In this document: one piece after another, positions 9,348 to 16,161 of the stretch
How the letters are laid out: the number at the start of each line of letters is the position of its first letter
How positions within the stretch are numbered: position 1 is the stretch's first letter
Virus record (IMG/VR): IMGVR_UViG_2547132415_000022
Coordinates: 1 to 22,587 of that record
Direction: 5' to 3' (one strand)
Source of the DNA: a virus
Lineage: Duplodnaviria > Heunggongvirae > Uroviricota > Caudoviricetes
DNA: 22,587 bases
Translations under genes and position numbers: made by a program
The notes under the pieces: generated by a model
Database searches by the model: none
Told to the model about the DNA's origin: nothing
Seen by the model: only the letters and a program-made list of their open reading frames with translations

Positions 9348-10202
9348 TCAGCAGTTCGTCATCAGGGCGTCACCGCCACCGCCGGTGGCCTTGCTGCGGC
9401 GCTGCTGGGTCAGACTTTCGGTGTGGTCGAGACTGTTTTTCAGGCGGGTGAATGCCTGGCTGGTTTCATCCGCCCTGTTAGTCACCTCCTGCTTAAGTGC
9501 GGAAAAGGCGGTTTCCATCTCAGCGAGTCGCTGCTCAGTGGCGCTCAGCTTTTCCTGCACATGTTCAGCAACAGCGGTCACCGCTTCATGCACATCATTC
9601 AGACGGGCGTCATCGCTGGCCTGTTTGCGGCCAAAAATGGATTTCACCTTTTCGGTCAGGGCGGTGAACACGGTTTCAGGCAGGTCTTCAAATTCCAGCT
9701 CAACAGGCGTTGCCACTGAAATCAGGTTTTCAGGGCTTAATTTGAAGCGGTTCAGGGGGTTGTGTTTTGCCGTGCGGCAGAATTCCAGGTATTCCGTGCC
9801 GAGGCTTGCCGGGTCATCGGTGACGGCCAGACCCACCAGATAACATTTGCCGGTGTTGGCAAAGTTCGGCTGAATTTCCATTGAGGTGTAGACCTTCTGC
9901 GCGGCCTTGTTCATCGCGATAAGGTCATCGGTCGGGGTGATTTTCGCAAACAGCGCCCATTTGCCTTTCAGCGCCGAATCATCGTCAATCTTTTCGGCCT
10001 TCAGTTCGGCCACATCGCCATAACGCTTAAAAATACCGTCAGGCAGGATGCCGCGCAGATGTTCCAGGTTAATGCGGCAACCATAGACTCGCGGGTCAAA
10101 GGTTTCGGCCATTTCCTGAATATCCTGCGCACTGATGACACGCCCGTCACAGGTGTCACCCTCAACGCCGATACGAAAGAATTTTGAGACTTTTTTTGCC
10201 AT
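9348..10202 (-). CDS. O: Capsid scaffolding protein O
   Basis: ORF-track frame 9348..10268, with the probable true start at the internal ATG 10200-10202 (MAKKVSKFFRIGVEGDTCDGRV), giving 284 aa as in P2 gpO. Confidence 0.88.
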   Translation of the reverse strand: MAKKVSKFFRIGVEGDTCDGRVISAQDIQEMAETFDPRVYGCRINLEHLRGILPDGIFKRYGDVAELKAEKIDDDSALKGKWALFAKITPTDDLIAMNKAAQKVYTSMEIQPNFANTGKCYLVGLAVTDDPASLGTEYLEFCRTAKHNPLNRFKLSPENLISVATPVELEFEDLPETVFTALTEKVKSIFGRKQASDDARLNDVHEAVTAVAEHVQEKLSATEQRLAEMETAFSALKQEVTNRADETSQAFTRLKNSLDHTESLTQQRRSKATGGGGDALMTNC

Positions 10203-10375
10203 TGTCAGGAGTCCTGAATAGTGATTAGAGGAGTCACATGTCGGCATCAGTTTCCCGACGATGCGCATCCTCCGCCATCAGTCCCGGATGGCTTATCACT
10301 GACACAACAGCACCTTAGCGAATCGCGGGGCGCGACTCAGTAGCCTTGCCGTGTATTCATCACGGCGAGGTATTC
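10203..10375. promoter_or_regulatory. Divergent late-promoter region between O (leftward) and P (rightward)
   Basis: 173 bp intergenic region between divergently transcribed late operons, where P2 has its Ogr-dependent late promoters. Contains the perfect palindrome TCAGGAGTCCTGA at 10205-10217. I found no perfect TGT-N12-ACA Ogr site by eye, so the exact promoter elements are not assigned. Confidence 0.5.
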
Positions 10376-12148
10376 ATGACCATCACCACAGACACCACTC
10401 TTTTACACGACCCGCGTCGTCAGGCGGCGCTGCTGTACTGGCAGGGATTTTCCGTGCCGCAGATTGCCGCCATGTTGCAGATGAAACGCCCGACGGTGCA
10501 GAGCTGGAAACAGCGCGACGGCTGGGACAGCGTTGCCCCCATCAGCCGTGTCGAAATGAGTCTGGAAGCGCGGCTGACCCAGCTCATCATCAAACCGCAG
10601 AAAACCGGCGGTGATTTCAAGGAAATTGACCTGCTGGGACGCCAGATTGAACGACTGGCACGGGTAAACCGCTACAGCCAGACCGGCAACGAGGCAGACC
10701 TTAATCCGAACGTCGCTAACCGCAACAAAGGCGGGCGGCGCAAACCGAAAAAGAATTTTTTCAGTGACGAGGCCATCGAAAAGCTGGAGCAGATTTTCTT
10801 TGAGCAGTCTTTCGACTATCAGTTGCACTGGTATCGTGCCGGGCTTGAGCACCGCATCCGCGATATCCTGAAATCCCGCCAGATTGGCGCGACGTTTTAT
10901 TTTTCCCGCGAGGCGCTGCTGCGCGCCCTGAAAACCGGCCATAACCAGATTTTTCTGTCGGCCAGTAAAACGCAGGCGTATGTGTTCCGTGAATACATCA
11001 TCGCCTTTGCCCGTCTGGTTGACGTTGACCTGACCGGTGACCCGATTGTCCTGGGCAATAACGGCGCAAAACTGATTTTTCTCGGCACCAACTCCAACAC
11101 CGCACAGAGCCATAACGGCGACCTGTACGTCGACGAGATTTTCTGGATCCCGAATTTTCAGGTACTGCGTAAGGTGGCATCAGGTATGGCCTCACAGAGT
11201 CACCTGCGCTCGACCTATTTCTCCACCCCGTCCACGCTGGCGCACGACGCCTACCCGTTCTGGTCGGGTGAACTGTTCAACCGGGGACGCGCCAGCGCCG
11301 CCGAACGTGTGGAAATCGACGTCAGTCATAACGCCCTTGCCGGTGGTCTTCTCTGTGCGGACGGCCAGTGGCGGCAGATTGTCACCATTGAGGACGCCCT
11401 GAAAGGCGGCTGCACATTGTTCGACATTGAGCAGCTCAAACGCGAAAACAGCGCCGACGATTTTAAAAACCTGTTCATGTGTGAATTTGTTGACGACAAG
11501 GCATCGGTGTTCCCGTTCGAGGAGCTGCAACGCTGCATGGTCGACACGCTGGAAGAATGGGAAGACTACGCGCCGTTTGCCGCCAATCCGTTCGGCTCCC
11601 GCCCGGTATGGATTGGTTACGACCCGTCACACCGTGGCGACAGCGCCGGATGCGTGGTGCTGGCACCGCCGGTGGTGCCCGGTGGCAAATTTAGAATACT
11701 TGAGCGTCACCAGTGGAAAGGCATGGACTTTGCCACCCAGGCGGAGTCCATCCGCAAACTCACCGAAAAATACAACGTCGAATACATCGGTATTGATGCC
11801 ACCGGCCTCGGTGTCGGCGTGTTCCAGCTCGTGCGCTCGTTCTATCCCGCCGCGCGCGATATCCGCTACACGCCGGAAATGAAAACCGCAATGGTGCTCA
11901 AGGCCAAAGACGTCATCCGCCGTGGCTGTCTGGAATATGACGTCAGCGCCACCGACATCACCAGCTCGTTCATGGCTATCCGCAAGACCATGACCAGCAG
12001 CGGACGCAGCGCCACCTATGAGGCCAGCCGCAGCGAGGAAGCCAGCCACGCCGACCTCGCCTGGGCAACCATGCACGCCCTGTTAAATGAGCCACTCACC
12101 GCCGGTATCAGCACTCCGCTGACATCCACCATTCTGGAGTTTTACTGA
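10376..12148 (+). CDS. P: Terminase large (ATPase) subunit P
   Basis: ORF-track frame starts at 10346; the probable start is the ATG at 10376 (MTITTDTTLLHDPRRQ) with a GAGGT RBS, giving 590 aa as in P2 gpP. Its stop overlaps the Q start (TGATG). Confidence 0.9.
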   Translation: MTITTDTTLLHDPRRQAALLYWQGFSVPQIAAMLQMKRPTVQSWKQRDGWDSVAPISRVEMSLEARLTQLIIKPQKTGGDFKEIDLLGRQIERLARVNRYSQTGNEADLNPNVANRNKGGRRKPKKNFFSDEAIEKLEQIFFEQSFDYQLHWYRAGLEHRIRDILKSRQIGATFYFSREALLRALKTGHNQIFLSASKTQAYVFREYIIAFARLVDVDLTGDPIVLGNNGAKLIFLGTNSNTAQSHNGDLYVDEIFWIPNFQVLRKVASGMASQSHLRSTYFSTPSTLAHDAYPFWSGELFNRGRASAAERVEIDVSHNALAGGLLCADGQWRQIVTIEDALKGGCTLFDIEQLKRENSADDFKNLFMCEFVDDKASVFPFEELQRCMVDTLEEWEDYAPFAANPFGSRPVWIGYDPSHRGDSAGCVVLAPPVVPGGKFRILERHQWKGMDFATQAESIRKLTEKYNVEYIGIDATGLGVGVFQLVRSFYPAARDIRYTPEMKTAMVLKAKDVIRRGCLEYDVSATDITSSFMAIRKTMTSSGRSATYEASRSEEASHADLAWATMHALLNEPLTAGISTPLTSTILEFY

Positions 12149-13182
12149 TGAGCAAGAAAATAGGGAAAACACCGCGACCTGCGGCAAAAACAATCACCGC
12201 CAGCGCCCCGAAAATGGAAGCATTCACCTTTGGTGAGCCGGTGCCGGTACTTGACCGCCGTGACATTCTGGATTACGTCGAGTGCATCAGTAACGGCAGA
12301 TGGTATGAGCCGCCGGTCAGCTTTACCGGTCTGGCAAAAAGCCTGCGTGCTGCCGTGCATCACAGCTCACCGATTTACGTCAAACGTAATATTCTGGCTT
12401 CAACGTTTATCCCGCACCCGTGGCTTTCCCAGCAGGATTTCAGCCGCTTTGTGCTGGATTTTCTGGTTTTCGGTAATGCGTTTCTGGAAAAGCGTTACAG
12501 CACCACCGGTAAGGTCATCAGACTGGAAACCTCACCGGCAAAATATACCCGCCGTGGCGTGGAGGAGGATGTTTACTGGTGGGTGCCGTCCTTCAACGAG
12601 CCGACAGCCTTCGCGCCCGGCTCCGTGTTTCACCTGCTGGAGCCGGATATCAATCAGGAGCTGTACGGCCTGCCGGAATATCTCAGCGCCCTTAACTCTG
12701 CCTGGCTGAATGAGTCGGCCACGCTGTTCCGCCGCAAGTATTACGAAAACGGCGCTCATGCCGGATACATCATGTATGTCACCGATGCCGTGCAGGATCG
12801 CAACGATATCGAAATGCTTCGCGAAAACATGGTCAAGTCGAAAGGCCGCAACAACTTTAAAAATCTGTTTCTTTATGCCCCGCAGGGGAAAGCCGACGGC
12901 ATTAAAATTATCCCGCTCAGTGAAGTGGCAACGAAGGACGATTTTTTTAATATCAAAAAAGCCAGCGCCGCTGACCTGCTGGACGCGCACCGCATCCCCT
13001 TTCAGTTGATGGGCGGCAAGCCGGAGAACGTCGGGTCGCTGGGTGATATTGAGAAAGTGGCAAAGGTCTTTGTCCGCAATGAGCTTATCCCGCTACAGGA
13101 CAGGATCCGCGAGATAAACGGCTGGCTCGGTCAGGAGGTCATCCGCTTTAAAAACTACTCACTGGACACTGACAACGGCTGA
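12148..13182 (+). CDS. Q: Portal protein Q
   Basis: 344 aa ORF, same length as P2 gpQ as I recall it; last gene before cos, as in P2. Confidence 0.9.
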   Translation: MSKKIGKTPRPAAKTITASAPKMEAFTFGEPVPVLDRRDILDYVECISNGRWYEPPVSFTGLAKSLRAAVHHSSPIYVKRNILASTFIPHPWLSQQDFSRFVLDFLVFGNAFLEKRYSTTGKVIRLETSPAKYTRRGVEEDVYWWVPSFNEPTAFAPGSVFHLLEPDINQELYGLPEYLSALNSAWLNESATLFRRKYYENGAHAGYIMYVTDAVQDRNDIEMLRENMVKSKGRNNFKNLFLYAPQGKADGIKIIPLSEVATKDDFFNIKKASAADLLDAHRIPFQLMGGKPENVGSLGDIEKVAKVFVRNELIPLQDRIREINGWLGQEVIRFKNYSLDTDNG

Positions 13183-13187
13183 ACATC

Positions 13188-13209
13188 GCCGCCTGCGGGC
13201 GGCTTTTTT
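13188..13209 (+). terminator. Rho-independent terminator downstream of Q
   Basis: GCCGCC-TGCG-GGCGGC stem-loop followed by TTTTTT, starting 6 nt after the Q stop codon. Confidence 0.6.
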
Positions 13210-13338
13210 ACACCCTCACATGCTCACCACCGCACAAAACCCCCCGCAGACACACCAACGCCCCGGCGCACAACCCAAACGCCGTCACGACGCGCTGAGA
13301 CGCTGAAAAAATAAAATCAGCACCACCGCCAGCGCGCA

Positions 13339-13357
13339 GTGCTTTCCCCGCCTCGCC
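13339..13357 (-). other. cos site, 19-nt cohesive-end sequence
   Basis: gtgctttccccgcctcgcc is the reverse complement of GGCGAGGCGGGGAAAGCAC, which I recall as the P2 cohesive end; the adjacent ~60 bp toward Q also match my recollection of the P2 left end in reverse complement. Confidence 0.7.
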
Positions 13358-13687
13358 CGCCCGCTTCATGGGGCGGTTTTGATGCAATACATGAGCATCG
13401 TAATGCCATATCGTGACAGGATTATAGAACATGAAGGTATACTAACTTACACATGCAAAAAAACGCACACTCAGGCATTCTCTTTGGAATACAATATGGT
13501 AAAAATATGATCATTTGAAGCTGCATATCCGTGCAGATTGAAATCAATGATGCTGCCCCTTCGTTAAGACAGCCAGGCCGCAATCTCTTGAGCTCAAGTG
13601 GACATCTAAGACAGAAAAACAATTTAAAGGCAAAGTTTTCGTAATGGTATCTTTGTCACAGCACACGCTAAAAAGGAACTAAACCTC

Positions 13688-14752
13688 ATGAGCACTCAGC
13701 AAGTCCTCAACATCCCTACAGCCGTATCGCAAGCGACCATCGAAAAATGGTTGAAAGGACTGGAACAGACAACGGAATTAGCCTTTTTTCGCCGTGTTGG
13801 CGGGCGGCATGGCTTCAATGTTACGAGCCGCTGGGCAAGTACATTGGATAACTTGAATAAAACTCTGAATGACCCATCGAAGCAAGGTACGCCTGCAAAC
13901 TTTTCAAATCTCCGTTTGATTACGTTAAAAATAATCACTAGCGTAAACCATTATTATTCAATTGATGGTATTAAATCAGGAACCATTAATTTAATACCAA
14001 ATATAATCAACTACCCTCACCTCGATAAAACATTTAGCTCAGTATTTCCAATAAAACTTGATGATAATACAGGACTTCCTTCGACTCCTGGGCATTTCAT
14101 TACTTCCATCGAAAAAATGGGGGATGGTATTGCTGTAATATATTCCTATATTATTTTAAGAAAAATCCAAGGAAGGAGTAAGCTACGTAGCAATCAATAT
14201 CCAGAGCAGTACTTCAACACTGTTTTCATCCCTAATGATTTAAGCCGTATAGAATATCGGGTTGATAAATCACTAGGTAAAAGAGCGTCTGAAAAAGCGA
14301 TGGCAGATTTGCGCGCAAAATTTAATGAATTACTCGTGGAACTTAATATTAAGTTAGCTGTTGAAACTATAAATTTCTACAAAGCAATTTCCAATATTTA
14401 CCTTGACAAACAATATGGAAGACTTGTTCAGGTTAATTTCCTTGATCCAAATGGAGATGAGGATGCTGTTCTTCGTTGCAGAACAGACCCCAATTATGAT
14501 GCCCGTTATCGCGAGGTTGTATCTAAAACTCAGAACGGAACACCTCGCTCATTGACCCTTGAAGTTTCTGGCGTTGCAGTGCGATTAGATAGTAAAGTTG
14601 CAAACGAAACAATTTCAAATGAAATTGGTTTTGAACCCAGCAAAACTGATTGGTCTACAAACAAATTTTGTGGGGATTTTTATTTTACACAAACAGCAGA
14701 TCATCAGGTGCATTATGGGGTGATAAATGATTTACTCACAAGAGCGAAATAA
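13688..14752 (+). CDS. Hypothetical protein, 354 aa; first gene of an AT-rich cargo cassette; no recognisable catalytic motif
   Basis: ATG at 13688 with an AGGAA RBS 9 nt upstream; strongly AT-rich (roughly mid-30s percent GC by eye) against a >50 percent GC backbone; not a P2 gene; no Walker A or other motif found on inspection. Confidence 0.7.
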   Translation: MSTQQVLNIPTAVSQATIEKWLKGLEQTTELAFFRRVGGRHGFNVTSRWASTLDNLNKTLNDPSKQGTPANFSNLRLITLKIITSVNHYYSIDGIKSGTINLIPNIINYPHLDKTFSSVFPIKLDDNTGLPSTPGHFITSIEKMGDGIAVIYSYIILRKIQGRSKLRSNQYPEQYFNTVFIPNDLSRIEYRVDKSLGKRASEKAMADLRAKFNELLVELNIKLAVETINFYKAISNIYLDKQYGRLVQVNFLDPNGDEDAVLRCRTDPNYDARYREVVSKTQNGTPRSLTLEVSGVAVRLDSKVANETISNEIGFEPSKTDWSTNKFCGDFYFTQTADHQVHYGVINDLLTRAK

Positions 14753-15161
14753 AAAAATGCGCTCATTAGTGTATAAACAAAGAGTACTCCTGGAGAATGC
14801 CGGAAGCTCTTCTGTTTTCATAAATAATGATTCTCACATATATTATACAAATTTACTAGAATATGTAGAGGGTGATCTTGATCGTAATATTTATACAATC
14901 CCAGTATTACGAAAAGCCATAAAAACTGACAATTATGAACATTTGCTACGAGTTGTTCAATTTTTTAGTAGCAATACCTCCTGTTTATTTAACGTTAAAT
15001 ATTGCTACGAACTAGAAAACATGGAGTTTGAGGACATACAAGCTGATGAATATACCAACTATATATTAAACGGAGTTGAACCTGTAACTGCCAATGGTTC
15101 TGAAATTGAAGACTTCAATCCAAAATATCTTTCATTTTATTGCATAATAAACCTGGATTGA
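14727..15161 (+). CDS. Hypothetical small acidic protein, 144 aa (134 aa if it starts at the ATG at 14757); second cargo gene
   Basis: Overlaps the 3' end of the first cargo gene by 26 nt, suggesting translational coupling; same AT-rich composition; no recognisable motif. Confidence 0.6.
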   Translation: MIYSQERNKKMRSLVYKQRVLLENAGSSSVFINNDSHIYYTNLLEYVEGDLDRNIYTIPVLRKAIKTDNYEHLLRVVQFFSSNTSCLFNVKYCYELENMEFEDIQADEYTNYILNGVEPVTANGSEIEDFNPKYLSFYCIINLD

Positions 15162-15166
15162 CTGTC

Positions 15167-16027
15167 ATGAACAAACAACAAATCACATGTGAGTTAGGCA
15201 AAAGGGTTCATTTTGAAGATGAAGCGAGTTTTATTGAAACATTATACTCGGATATAGAAGTCATAATAAAACTAATGGAGCAATCTAGTGACAAGTATTA
15301 TTGTGATGATGAAGATAAACTAAGCCATACAATTGTAGCCTCTCTTGTACACCTAGGTTACGATGCAACCGAACAAACAAAAAAAAATGGAAGTGTGGAC
15401 ATAACCGTTCGTCCGAAAAATGGAGGATATACATGGATTGCTGAAGCAAAAATCGGATACGGGAACCAAAAAATATTCGAGGGGCTACTTCAGTTGCTTA
15501 CTCGCTATGTTAAAAGAGATAATCATGCAGGCATGGTTATCTATTATCAAAAATCAAAGTCATCTTATCATTTCAAACAATGGCTGAAATACATATACAA
15601 CCATGAGTGGAAGGATTATTGTACAAAGAAAGGGTCATTAAAAAAAGCGACTCCGCTACTTTCTCATTTAAAAAGTACGGTTTGTCCGAAAGTCAAACAA
15701 GGCTGTTGTTATGCTGACATTGATGTCATCCAACCTTCGACTGATGGTCTAAAACTTCGCTGCTTCTATATTGACGTGCATCATGACCCAATTGACAGTA
15801 GTGGTTTAAAGAATAAGTCAATCGCCTTTGGTCAAGCCCAAAATAGAATTAGAGATTTATATCACTTATGGAAGACAGGACAGTTCGACGGCAGTATGAT
15901 AGATGAATTATTTGAAGAAATAAAAATATATCATAGCAATGAACTTGACGAAGAATATGAAGATGAAGATGAAGATGAAGATGAAGATGAAGATGAAGAT
16001 GAAGATTCGAATATAAACTCAAAATGA
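15167..16027 (+). CDS. Hypothetical protein with a PD-(D/E)xK nuclease-like motif and a poly-acidic C-terminal tail; third cargo gene (ORF track starts it at a TTG at 15140)
   Basis: ATG at 15167 lies 5 nt after the stop of cargo gene 2. Protein contains GSVDITVRPKNGGYTWIAEAKIG, a D-x15-E-x-K pattern in a strand-like context resembling the restriction-endonuclease fold active site. C-terminus is EEYEDEDEDEDEDEDEDEDSNINSK. Confidence 0.65.
   Translation: MNKQQITCELGKRVHFEDEASFIETLYSDIEVIIKLMEQSSDKYYCDDEDKLSHTIVASLVHLGYDATEQTKKNGSVDITVRPKNGGYTWIAEAKIGYGNQKIFEGLLQLLTRYVKRDNHAGMVIYYQKSKSSYHFKQWLKYIYNHEWKDYCTKKGSLKKATPLLSHLKSTVCPKVKQGCCYADIDVIQPSTDGLKLRCFYIDVHHDPIDSSGLKNKSIAFGQAQNRIRDLYHLWKTGQFDGSMIDELFEEIKIYHSNELDEEYEDEDEDEDEDEDEDEDSNINSK
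15959..16006 (+). repeat. Perfect hexanucleotide microsatellite (GAAGAT)x8 inside cargo gene 3, encoding a poly-Glu-Asp tail
   Basis: Eight uninterrupted GAAGAT copies read directly from the sequence; in-frame. Confidence 0.95.
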
Positions 16028-16040
16028 ACACCAAGAATCA

Positions 16041-16074
16041 CCCCATTAAGTTTAGACATCCTAACTTGATGGGG
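16041..16074 (+). terminator. Hairpin downstream of cargo gene 3, possible terminator between the convergent cargo operon and gene A
   Basis: CCCCATTAAGTT / AACTTGATGGGG, a 12-bp stem with one G-U mismatch and a 10-nt loop, starting 14 nt after the stop; no strong U-tract follows, so terminator function is uncertain. Confidence 0.3.
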
Positions 16075-16161
16075 AATTGACTTTTAAGTCTGTAACCCTA
16101 GCCATCAAAAATAGATTCATTTTAAATAAAAATATATCCGTTACGCCCAAAAAAAATTGAA

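Noticed and set aside
10403-11113. 236 aa minus-strand ORF, and other minus-strand ORFs between 10.4 and 13.0 kb
   Set aside because: Antisense to the terminase P and portal Q genes; no independent support.
13208-13622. Two minus-strand ORFs (74 and 66 aa) spanning the cos region and the cargo leader
   Set aside because: They cross the cos site and the non-coding AT-rich leader, have no RBS, and are in the region where cos and a promoter are expected; probably non-coding.
15959-16006. Possible CRISPR array suggested by the short direct repeats
   Set aside because: The hexamers are contiguous with no spacers and lie in frame within a coding sequence; this is a microsatellite, not a CRISPR array.
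15849-16034. 61 aa minus-strand ORF rich in His/Leu (HLHLHL...)
   Set aside because: It is the antisense reading of the (GAAGAT)8 repeat within cargo gene 3; a repeat artefact.
13358-16161. Possibility that the cargo cassette is an insertion sequence or transposon
   Set aside because: No transposase-like ORF and no terminal inverted repeats were seen at the boundaries; the cassette sits exactly at the position of the phage's own accessory locus, which fits module exchange better than transposition.
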